DNA of 64,000 nucleotides, from the IMG/VR virus record IMGVR_UViG_3300030503_000315, positions 62,001 to 126,000 of that record; one strand, 5' to 3'. Positions 9,592-19,155 of this stretch are shown piece after piece. The translations under genes were made by a program, and so were the position numbers. The notes under the pieces were generated by a model. It did no database searches. It saw nothing but the letters and a program-made list of their open reading frames with translations, and had not been told where the DNA came from. Position 1 is the stretch's first letter. Each line of letters begins with the position of its first letter.

Positions 9592-11329
9592 GTCTTTCTA
9601 TCTCCGAAAAATCCATCTCTAGGGAAATGAACCTCACCTCTGGTGTCTTGCTAGATCGCATAATCCGACCCTTACTCTGAAAATCATCAAGCAAAGAGTT
9701 GTGCTTAGTCTGGTTAAGACGACCTGTTGGTGAGCAGGGAACTATGAAGTTCCAGCAATCCTCGTACAACCTATTTGTTCCATATTGTTGTTCCAGCTTA
9801 TGTATCATGCCCACCCAGTCGATAGGAATGTCGACCAGGTGAGACTCAACCTTTACCTTCTTTCTCATCTTTCACCTCCTCAGGTTTTTCATCTATCGGA
9901 TAGGACATGACCATTCCGAATAGCGCTAGGAACATCATCCACCATGGTCGAGCAAAGCACATGTAAGAACATAGAACGATAGTTATTACAATGTGCCACC
10001 GTTGATCGCTATCCCTCGCCTTTATCCACGCTATAAAGGAGGTCAAGCGTATCAGCAGGAGGAACCGAGAAACCATTGTCGGCCTTGTAGCCAAGTTTGA
10101 ATCGGATTGCTTTGTCACCGTAGAGCTCCTTGCTTTTCTTTAGATAACCGAAGATCGGTCGTGCGACGGGCGGGCGAAAAACGTCAGGTGTTTTCAACCA
10201 GCGGATGTAGCTATGTAGATTCAGGCAATCTTTCAGAATCGTCTCAGTCTCTATGATGTACGCACCCATTGCATGTCGAGACACTCTCTCTGCGAAGAAC
10301 CGATAGACTTCATCCGTATGGATTATCGCTACATTGCCTTTCATGTCAACCATTAGAATAGTTCTTTCTTTGCTCGCATTCTTTACCTCGTTGATTCCGT
10401 TCGTGTCATTCATGTCACACCTCTACTTAATAACTCAGAGATCATGTGTTGATTCTTCGGACCGTACTGGCCCTTTTCTAAACAACGGATAGCCAAATCA
10501 ACACATAACGCTTCGTCCTTTACCTTTCTTTCGACTGCCACTAGCTGCTTGCAGTCACGCCCCGCGTAGCTATCCGCTACGTGATATGCTTTCTTATACT
10601 CAGGACTTATGATCCAATAAGTCCGGTCAATCGACGTATGCTGCAAGGTCGACTCAATCATCACAACCACTGTACCACGTTGTAGATCAAACAGTCTATC
10701 TTTCAACACACCTCGATGCCATGTTTTCATTCGTCTCTCCCTAATTTATCTAAGATGTATTTCACGTTCAAGTGTGACTTGCAACGAACAATCTGTTTCA
10801 TGAAAGAAATCGTCACAGCCGCATACAGGGCAGACCGTCCAATTAGCTGCACCATTTTCGTTCAACACCTGTGCCAGCTCCCCGCAATCCTCCGCAAAAT
10901 ACAGAACCTTGTAATCTTCGATACTAAGAATTATATTCATTTCCTGTCCTATCGTGCCATGAAGTCCAATGTTTCCTTGATCTGCTGTGGCTTAGGTTGT
11001 TCTGCATCGTGGGGTCGAGCCATGAAAAGACGATGCCCACCTTCCGCAATCTTCGGCAGAATCTCTTTCAAGATTCCTCGCAGTCCAGGATCATACTCAT
11101 CCACGATGAGTATGTGTGGTTGCGGTTTGGAGTCTAACCACATCTCAAGGTGCTGCAACGTGCGATAGTGGATGTGGGCAATATCAACCATGCCCAAATC
11201 AAGCGCGGCTTCTTCCCATTCGTGGGATTCCAACATCCGGCAAATAAGCAGCCACGGCAACCTCATCTCGTCGTCTTTTATGGATGATTCGATATTTTTC
11301 AGAACGACAATCTTGTTTTCATGATTCAT
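9545..11329 (-). other. Run of small hypothetical CDS (9545..9868, 9846..10118 membrane, 10009..10413, 10410..10730, 10746..10940, 10949..11329)
   Basis: Tiled minus-strand ORFs with GGAG SDs. Confidence 0.6.
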
Positions 11330-11341
11330 ACACTCTACTCC

Positions 11342-11587
11342 TCAAAATTTCCATTTCATATTTGCCACGGTCATTCTTGTCAGGAATGGACCCGACGGAT
11401 CTTCGCTATTAGCGCGGTCGCATTCAGCTTTGATACTTTTTCCTCGAGCCCATCCATACTCAACAGCCGCAAGAGGTTCACCTTCTAAACCCGTTATGTT
11501 GGGTAGGGGCTTTCCATCCACACCTGCGTCGTATGCTTCGCTATACATTCTGTTTGTTTCAGCTTTGGTGTATTCTTTCATATCCAC
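11342..11587 (-). CDS. Rmf-like pattern small protein
   Basis: YSEAYDAGVDG...YGWARGK echoes the Y..G..AG..G...GW..G pattern. Confidence 0.35.
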   Translation of the reverse strand: MDMKEYTKAETNRMYSEAYDAGVDGKPLPNITGLEGEPLAAVEYGWARGKSIKAECDRANSEDPSGPFLTRMTVANMKWKF

Positions 11588-11591
11588 CTCC

Positions 11592-14265
11592 TAGCAGCTT
11601 GCGTTTTCAATTGCGACTCTCATATCCTGCACCACTTCTGCATACTTGAAACTCTTGCCTTGCCACGTGACCACTCGACTACGTTGATCGTACACCCCAG
11701 TATGATTCAGGTAGACAAATGTAATCATGTTAGCCCTCGTACTCTCTTCGAGATTTTATATCAATGCTGCATCGGGAAATCTCTTTACCTTCAAGTAAGA
11801 GGATTACGGAGCGTCCGTTGGGATCTGTGAATCCACCCTCTTCAACCTTGATCTCGAGATCATTCTTCAAAATCTCACGGCATATTGCTTCGATGCGCCA
11901 TATGGGCAACGTCATTTCTTGACCCCAGTATTTGCTCCAGCTTTGTTTCCATATTCGTTGTGGCGCTGGAAGGGTCGGCGCCACACGCCTGTCGTTCGGA
12001 ACGGGAAATTATTCCTCGTCTTTTCCCCCTGCCGTCTTCGGTGCCGCCTCATCTTCATCATATTTCATCAACAAAGTATCGAGTCTATTGCACCGGCTAC
12101 CTCGCATCTGCCTTCGAACACCGTAGTCATCAACACACCTCAGGAGATATAAAGCTTCCTCAAAATCTGCTTCGCCCATCATAGCTCTCTGTATTCTTCA
12201 TTCATGATTTTCACCAGGCTATTGGGTGATCGATTGATACTATCCTGTCGTTAGAGTCCGTGCTATTGATAGCCATCGCGACCCCAATCTTTGATGGAAG
12301 TTTTACAAAATCTTCGAAACTTATTTCTTTGCCCAGATAAGGCGCCAACTTATCCAGTTGGTTTTGAGTGAAAGAGTGGTCTTTCGGAATTTCAAGTCTC
12401 ATGATCTTCTCCTAAAAATCTTCTAGATCCTGTCTTCTTTCGTCCTCTTGAGCCTTCTTGTAAGCCTCCGCAAACTTAGAATCATTCACTTGGCCTTCTT
12501 GTACAAGGAAAACAACAAGCGCTCTTGCAGCAAAAGCTGCTTCTTCTGATCTATCTTGATTCCTATAACGAGCACCCGCGTAGTCACCATACTTAACATT
12601 GAAGTTATCCACTAATTCCTGCAATGTTTTACTCATGACCTCCTCCTTAGTTCGCCGCGCTTCTCGGCAGCTAGTTCACTGTCGGTTAGAAGTTGTAGTG
12701 GTCCTTTGTTGAAGGATGGACCTATACGTGACTGCAATTGTCGAAAATGCTCCTGCGCCCTGGCTTCACGTTCTGCCATCTCAGGACTCAGATATGGACG
12801 TGGTTCCGGATCCGGTGCAACGAATCGCTTCTCAACATGGTGAACTTCACGTCGCACCACAGGATACTGAGGCATCTTAGACCTATTGAACGCCTCAATG
12901 TCAGTCTTGCTTCTCTCCGTCCGAGCGAATCCAGAAGTCAGTGTTTTCAGTCTCTCTGCGTTGCATGAAAGTTGCAGGATCTCCTGTTCCCTCAACTGCT
13001 GGTTCTTCGATCTCTGCCTCGCAGCCTTCGCTTTCGATTTTAGACTCATGACCATACTCCTTAGTACCCGCCATCATCCGAATGATCTCATCCGCATCTG
13101 CATACGCGGCGTCAGTGTCAACTAATTTCTGTCGCTCCTGGATAAGCGCGGCCATAGGCCCTATCAGAATAGATACCTTACAAAGCCTATCCATATCATG
13201 AATACACCGGTCAAGTACTGCCAGGTTGCGGCACGCCCACTTTACATACAGGATGTGTAATCCGGGATTAGACTTCCGAAAATCACTTTCGTACTCTTTA
13301 GTCATGTCCGACTCCTTTATTTACCACTGTTCGAAATAGCGATTGATGGTCTGCGGATGGTCGTAAGTACGCCAGTCATGCTCGTTTTCAAACACGGCGA
13401 TAAGTGTCCGATTATTTCGACAGCACACCTCGTACACCCGCCCGGACACTGCCTGCACGACGAGACCAAAATCATCCCACACCTTGCAGATACGGCAGAG
13501 CTCCTTCTCGTGTCGTGCAGATGCGGCCGCGATCTCCTCCGGCATCTCCTCAGACATCCCAAGATTTATCAATTGAGGTTCAGGCATCGCCGGGTGTTTT
13601 GCTTGCCAGTCAGCCAGGTAGTTACGATATGCTTCAATCATCTTGCTCATTTTGTCCGGTCCTCGATACAAGTTATAGAACTGACTTGAGTTTTGCTAAC
13701 AGGTCCTCTATGCTTTCTACTTTGAGGTAGGTCTTACTAGACCTAGCTCCGTAAACTCCTATATGGACAGTTTTGTCTAGGAAATCTATCGATACTGTTG
13801 CCACCCTACCGTTCTTAGGCAGAATCAACGTGTCAGTGTAGAAGGTCACCCCAGACCCACTGATCTTTATGGAGAAATATTCCTCCAAAAACTCACGGAG
13901 TGTTTGAGACTCCGGTCTCAAGGCTGGTAACATATGCACTCCGTTTCGTTGGGAATGGCGAAGAGGGGCCCCGGTGGCCCCTCGTCTCTACTTTACAGCT
14001 TTGGGAATTCCAAAACATCGGGCAGGATACGTACGACTTGATAGTTCGTTGCCCGAGTCATGATGTACAAAACACCACTTCGGTCCTTCAACAACATCTT
14101 CAGGTCACGTTCGCGTTTTGCAGTCTTGGGAAGTTTTTCGACTTCCAGAATCAGTCCAACCTCGTTGTCCGAATCGTTCCACCACAGTTCCACCCACTGA
14201 CCTGCATGTAGGTCGAGTACGTTTACACCGTGTTTGTTGATACGCCAATCGGTTTTAACGACCAT
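11592..14265 (-). other. Run of small hypothetical CDS, including sub-60-aa ORFs not in the track (e.g. ~11592..11729, ~12007..12180)
   Basis: Tiling and SD sequences; includes 12211..12402, 12412..12636, 12633..13055, 12901..13305, 13321..13671, 13673..13933, 13993..14265. Confidence 0.55.
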
Positions 14266-14270
14266 GCTAA

Positions 14271-14288
14271 CTCCGTTTCGTTAGGAGG
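14271..14288 (-). promoter_or_regulatory. Conserved leader/RBS hairpin CCTCCTAACGAAACGGAG
   Basis: The exact 12-mer AACGAAACGGAG also occurs at 13939, 33307, 50452, 61336 and 63502, always 5-8 nt before a start codon. Confidence 0.8.
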
Positions 14289-14361
14289 AATTCGACGTGC
14301 GCATTTTGCGCACGTCGACTTGCATGGGCCGATGCCCGAGGTGGGCAAGGACCCACACCCT

Positions 14362-14406
14362 ATTGTAACATGGATGTCAATCCGACGTGTTGTATAAAAA
14401 CAACAC
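14362..14406 (-). promoter_or_regulatory. Class A promoter: ATGTTACAAT extended -10 plus GTGTTG-N8-CAACAC palindrome
   Basis: Intergenic; same architecture at 25218-25282, 33391-33452, 50534-50596 and 57773-57821. Confidence 0.72.
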
Positions 14407-14418
14407 CGTGTAAACCAC

Positions 14419-15543
14419 CTACCAGGTGGTTTCAATGGGACCCTCAGACTCATCCGCAGTAGCATCCTGGCGTCGTCGGCTGCGTTCCATGATCTCGCGT
14501 GTTCGGATTTGACCTCTGTCCGTCATAGCCACCTCGTCCAGCTCCTGAGACGACACGATAGGAATCGTTGCTTCTTCCTCGATCTGACCAGCCAAGGTAT
14601 TAGTCGCATTTATAACCGCAGAGAAATCTGCGTTCTTTGCCGTCACCAGTCGAAACATGTCGAAGATGACACGAGAATCGCCAGAGTTGAAAGTCATGTG
14701 ATATGCAGGCGGTTCATCAGCCGATGCTTGACTCAACATGAAACCTTTCACTTTACTCTTCTCCATCACCGAATGCTTCGCCATCCACTCAACTGCCAGA
14801 GCATGAGGGTTGTCATCCATGCTGAGGATCCTCGCAAGCATTTCCTGCTCAGGAATCACTTTGCGATCCGCATAATTCTTACCAAATAAATAAGTATTCT
14901 TTTCCTCGGGTTCTTTATCGAGATCATCCTCTCTATCACTATCCTCGTCACTATCACCAAACCTACTAGGACGAGCTGGTTTTTTGTACCCAAGTCTTTG
15001 CGTTCGAATGGCCGGATATTCCTTGGCTTCCAATACCCGTTCTTCCTCGGAACCAAGAACCCCTTTGAAGTTTGCGACGAGTTCGAGTATGAACGCCGCA
15101 TCCAGATTCAGCGCCGGCTGGTGCACGACCTCATTCCATACCCAGTGATCCAGATTATAAGGTCTGTAGGTATCAAGATACGCCTGGGCCTTCTCCCAAC
15201 CCAAACCAAGTTCCAACATTGCGCCCATCGCTTCCTTGGTTAAGGAATTAACTTTCGGTTCATGATACTGAATACCCCGCGATGTCCCGTAGTTGGTCCA
15301 GTACAGATATCTCAGCATACCGTTCAGGTATGCTTTCTTCAACCCGTCCATCTCTTGCGAGTCAACTATCAAGGCATTGCGGGCTACCCAACCGACATCT
15401 TCTACACCACAGACCAAACTAATCAACCACAGTGGGATCGGTACATCTTTCATCTTAGGTGACAATGAAAAGAATGTAACCATACGTGTGTACCCAGGAA
15501 CACACGCCTTGCATTGTTTCAGGAAATTTAGAGTAGTGTACAT
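14419..15543 (-). CDS. Hypothetical phage protein
   Basis: 374-aa ORF; N-terminal TL..L...AC..GY motif and an acidic internal patch. Confidence 0.75.
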   Translation of the reverse strand: MYTTLNFLKQCKACVPGYTRMVTFFSLSPKMKDVPIPLWLISLVCGVEDVGWVARNALIVDSQEMDGLKKAYLNGMLRYLYWTNYGTSRGIQYHEPKVNSLTKEAMGAMLELGLGWEKAQAYLDTYRPYNLDHWVWNEVVHQPALNLDAAFILELVANFKGVLGSEEERVLEAKEYPAIRTQRLGYKKPARPSRFGDSDEDSDREDDLDKEPEEKNTYLFGKNYADRKVIPEQEMLARILSMDDNPHALAVEWMAKHSVMEKSKVKGFMLSQASADEPPAYHMTFNSGDSRVIFDMFRLVTAKNADFSAVINATNTLAGQIEEEATIPIVSSQELDEVAMTDRGQIRTREIMERSRRRQDATADESEGPIETTW

Positions 15544-15569
15544 CCTGCATCTCCGAATCGATCAAATGG

Positions 15570-15601
15570 AAAAGGGCTTCCTCTAAATTGAAGGAAGCCC
15601 T
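15570..15601 (-). terminator. Rho-independent terminator
   Basis: GGGCTTCCT/AGGAAGCCC stem followed by TTTT on the minus strand, just after 15621..16397. Confidence 0.7.
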
Positions 15602-15620
15602 GTGTTACGTGATTCTGTTA

Positions 15621-16397
15621 TTACTGGTTGTCGCCGTTGAGGAAATTCGGATTTTCCTGGAACGCTTCGACTGCTGACAGGAAACCTTTGAATTTCGTCT
15701 CCGCGCGTTCGCTTGCAAATTTCCCTGTTGGCGTAAACTCCGACAGTGCCATTCCCCAATCCTTGACATTGTTCAGTCTAATGAACGCAGCACGTGCAAG
15801 TTCTTCCAACAAGATCAACTTCTCGGCCTGTGTGTGATCCTCCACCTGGACTATCCCTGCGGAGGCTCGATGCGGAATCACCGCTTCCATCATGTACGGT
15901 GAATCCATCAAAGGATTCAGGGACCAGGAATAGTCCCCGCCGTACTCATATAGATTGCCAAGAGCTACATTGTATTGTCGAAGCTGTTCACTGATAAATG
16001 CAGTCTTACCCCGCTCTGGAATGTCCATAGAGATGTCGCGCACGACCGCAAGGACAGAGGATGCTTGACGATAGCGATCTCCAACAAATACTCGAGCGCC
16101 GGAAGTGTTGTGCCCAAGCAGGAGATCCCCACGACCCATCACCCAGTCGACATCGTCATTTACGTTAGACAAGCCAATTGCAATCACGGGGAACCAATAA
16201 TCAATTTTCCAGTCTGGGTTGAGACGAAGCAGATGCTTCTCTACTGAATCAACACGATCTTGAATCGCTGTAGATTTGCGAAGTTCTCTAATTGTAGTAA
16301 ACATTTTGGATTTCCTTATAGAAGTTGAACAGTATCTTTCTTGCAGAGAGTAACGTATAACATATCTTTCGACTTCATGTAACCCACCACGGACCAC
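15621..16397 (-). CDS. Hypothetical protein
   Basis: Long ORF; true start is probably internal (MFTTIREL). Confidence 0.65.
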   Translation of the reverse strand: MVRGGLHEVERYVIRYSLQERYCSTSIRKSKMFTTIRELRKSTAIQDRVDSVEKHLLRLNPDWKIDYWFPVIAIGLSNVNDDVDWVMGRGDLLLGHNTSGARVFVGDRYRQASSVLAVVRDISMDIPERGKTAFISEQLRQYNVALGNLYEYGGDYSWSLNPLMDSPYMMEAVIPHRASAGIVQVEDHTQAEKLILLEELARAAFIRLNNVKDWGMALSEFTPTGKFASERAETKFKGFLSAVEAFQENPNFLNGDNQ

Positions 16398-16874
16398 TTA
16401 TTTCTGAACCTTAAGGTCGTACGCGTATGCAACGGTCGGCCAATCACATACTTCGTGCTTTCCAATTTTGCTGGGAACAAAACCACAACGGTAGAAGAAC
16501 GGCTCCACCAAACGATCTCCGTACTCGTTATCCGGGATAAGTTCCACCAACCTCTTACGCCCCGGAAGCCAACCTTTGCACAGACTGATAACCTGTTGAA
16601 TCGCTTGTTTGCCTATCCCAAATTTACGAGCCTCAGGCATGATCCCTGTCCAACGAAGGAACACATCTTCATCATTCTCCGGCTCGAAGAAGATTCCCGT
16701 GATGCCAACCACATTGAACCGGTTGATGATAAACAGAATCTGTCCTGTCTGGCAGTCTTCCTTCGAAGCTTCATACGCAAATGCACGATAAGGATCAGGC
16801 CAGATTTCCTCCAGTACCGGATATTCCTCGAAAGGATTTCTAACACCCGGATGCGGTACAATCAAATGTGCCAT
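16398..16874 (-). CDS. GNAT-family acetyltransferase
   Basis: Acetyl-CoA loop TGIMPEARKFGIGKQAI and FFYRCGF motif B; start at ATG 16874. Confidence 0.82.
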   Translation of the reverse strand: MAHLIVPHPGVRNPFEEYPVLEEIWPDPYRAFAYEASKEDCQTGQILFIINRFNVVGITGIFFEPENDEDVFLRWTGIMPEARKFGIGKQAIQQVISLCKGWLPGRKRLVELIPDNEYGDRLVEPFFYRCGFVPSKIGKHEVCDWPTVAYAYDLKVQK

Positions 16875-16884
16875 TACTTCGACC

Positions 16885-17238
16885 TCACTGTTCAATGACG
16901 ATTTTCGACCTCGAGCAACACGACAACAATTGCTCGTACACCTCAGGGTCCACGTTGATGCAACCATCCGTGATCGACTTCCTGTCTTCAACGCTGTCCG
17001 AATGAAGACGTTCCAAACGATGCTGCTTGGGCTTCAACAACCACACTCGATGTACTGCGTACACACCACTCTCATCTCTAGCAAAGGCTAAAACATCTCC
17101 TCCGTAACCCGGTGCCAAAATCCGACTATGCTGCAACACGAATGTTCCCACTGGAGTCCGAGGACCAACCAAAGCCGGGTAGCAATGATTGGCCCAACAG
17201 ATCACAGCAGCTGCAAGATGCACAACCACTGTATCCAT
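16885..17238 (-). CDS. L,D-transpeptidase (YkuD) catalytic-domain protein
   Basis: YAVHRVW...SITDGCINV catalytic His/Cys motif; TPVGTF loop. Confidence 0.82.
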   Translation of the reverse strand: MDTVVVHLAAAVICWANHCYPALVGPRTPVGTFVLQHSRILAPGYGGDVLAFARDESGVYAVHRVWLLKPKQHRLERLHSDSVEDRKSITDGCINVDPEVYEQLLSCCSRSKIVIEQ

Positions 17239-17241
17239 TAT

Positions 17242-18738
17242 TTACTCGTGCGCCGGGGTCTTGATAAGCGGCAGCGGATCGGCCGCTACATTCGGCGTCG
17301 TGATGAATGAGCCCAGATCGCACGGGAGAATCTGAACGGTCGTCACCATCTGTTGGATCGAACCCGATGCACCCATACCACCCTGACCCCAACCCCCGTT
17401 CGAACCACCGGTTCCGATTGCGATGTTACGTGCGCCCGCCAGACCGACAATCGCCGTAAACATCACCACCTGCGAACCGAAACGATGATAGCCTGTACCG
17501 CGGTAATCAACGAACGGAACATCATGATACATCTCGTTGCCATTCGCATCCAACACGGGAGCAACCGTATCTTCATGACCTTGCTCGAACTTAGAGTTGA
17601 TCACCAGACCAAAGTACGTGCCTTCCACCGTCTGCGACGTCTTTTGCATAAGCGGACCGCACGCCATCGTTTCCTTCACAATGTTGCCAACTGCGAGTTC
17701 AGAAGGCGGCGTTGCCGGAACAACTGGCGGGATGTAGATCGCCTTGTAGCTTGAGTTCGTATTCGCATTCACGATCGTGCCACTCGACAACGAACCATTC
17801 CCAACGTTCTGCCCGTTTGCGTTCGACTGCGCGCCACCCGTCAGGGATTGAGCCCCACCCGTGTTCGAGGATGCGATCTTGTTAGTCGAAGACTGGCCTT
17901 GCCCTTGACTCGAGTTACCACCCTTGCTCGTCGTGTTGACACTTCCGCTATTGGTCGTTGCCGACCCTCCCTTTGTGTCACCATTCCCAGCCGACACCAC
18001 ATTGCCTCCCGTGGTGGATGCATTTCCGCTCTTGGTTGATGCGGTGCCTCCATTCGTTGTCGAAGTACCACCGTTCGCAGTTCCGCCCGTGGTGGTAGCG
18101 TTACCGCTTGTTGCATTTCCACCCTTGGTGTTTGCAGTTCCACCGTTCGTCGTCGCCGCGCCAGAAGTGGAGGATGCTGCACCCGCGTTGCTGGATGAGT
18201 TCGAGTTGCCGGCATTTGTCGACGAGTTACCAGCTTGGGTTGATGCAGGACCGGATTGAACGTTGCCCGAGTTGGACGAATTGACATTGCCACCGCTGTT
18301 GTTATTGTTGTTTGCACTTGATGTCGATGCTCCGGTCGACAGATTGTTACCACCACTATTCGAGGTGGAAGCACCCGTGCTGTTATTGTTGTTCGACAGA
18401 TTACCTGTCGCCGAGCCCCCCGCACCACCCTGTGAGCTGTTGTTTGCCGAATTGCTCGAAGTGTTCGCGCCGTTCGACATCGTGTTCTGTGGATTGTTAC
18501 CGTTCGTGTTCGTGAAACTGTTCCCATTCGAATTGGCTGAGTTGCCCAACTGATTCGAACTGGAAGTGTTCGTGCTGTTCGAAGCTTGACTCGTTGTCGA
18601 AGGATTGCCAACGTTCTGTGTCGATTCGGAACACGATACTGCGCCAGTATCACAGGAGCCCGTCGACTGGCTAACTTGTGCGTGTGCGGCTGCATTGAAT
18701 GCCAGGACGACGATTGCTGCGAAAATGGTCTTGTTCAT
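17242..18738 (-). CDS. Exported G/S/T/N-rich repeat protein with a C-terminal globular domain
   Basis: Signal peptide MNKTIFAAIVVLAFNAAAHA-Q; about 300 aa of low complexity with xxTxGG(T/N) repeats. Confidence 0.8.
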   Translation of the reverse strand: MNKTIFAAIVVLAFNAAAHAQVSQSTGSCDTGAVSCSESTQNVGNPSTTSQASNSTNTSSSNQLGNSANSNGNSFTNTNGNNPQNTMSNGANTSSNSANNSSQGGAGGSATGNLSNNNNSTGASTSNSGGNNLSTGASTSSANNNNNSGGNVNSSNSGNVQSGPASTQAGNSSTNAGNSNSSSNAGAASSTSGAATTNGGTANTKGGNATSGNATTTGGTANGGTSTTNGGTASTKSGNASTTGGNVVSAGNGDTKGGSATTNSGSVNTTSKGGNSSQGQGQSSTNKIASSNTGGAQSLTGGAQSNANGQNVGNGSLSSGTIVNANTNSSYKAIYIPPVVPATPPSELAVGNIVKETMACGPLMQKTSQTVEGTYFGLVINSKFEQGHEDTVAPVLDANGNEMYHDVPFVDYRGTGYHRFGSQVVMFTAIVGLAGARNIAIGTGGSNGGWGQGGMGASGSIQQMVTTVQILPCDLGSFITTPNVAADPLPLIKTPAHE

Positions 18739-18843
18739 TTTTCAGGTCCAATAGCTAAAGTGTGATTGAGAAATACGAAAGTACAACGAACCCCGCCCCG
18801 CGCTATACTACATTGCTCATTCCACGTACATCACTCTAATACG

Positions 18844-19155
18844 TTATTCCTTGTCCTTCTCTTTTTTGATCTTTTTCTGCTTCGGCAACTTTAGCCGCAC
18901 GCAGATTACCTGGTTGTTGATCTTACGGAATACGTCCGATTTATCTTTGTCGAGGTAATACTCATGCGAAACTGAGTCGACTACCAACTTCACATTCTCA
19001 TGCGGACCCCCAATACCCTGTAGTGTTGTGAATGTTACTTCCTGACCAACGATGGGTAAAACATCTGGCTCTAACGTCATCAAGATTTGATCTTCCCACA
19101 ACCATGTCACCTGACAGTGAATCATAGTTTGTACCTCTTTTGGAATTGTTCCCAT
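18844..19155 (-). CDS. Hypothetical protein
   Basis: ORF coupled to the ligase stop. Confidence 0.6.
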   Translation of the reverse strand: MGTIPKEVQTMIHCQVTWLWEDQILMTLEPDVLPIVGQEVTFTTLQGIGGPHENVKLVVDSVSHEYYLDKDKSDVFRKINNQVICVRLKLPKQKKIKKEKDKE

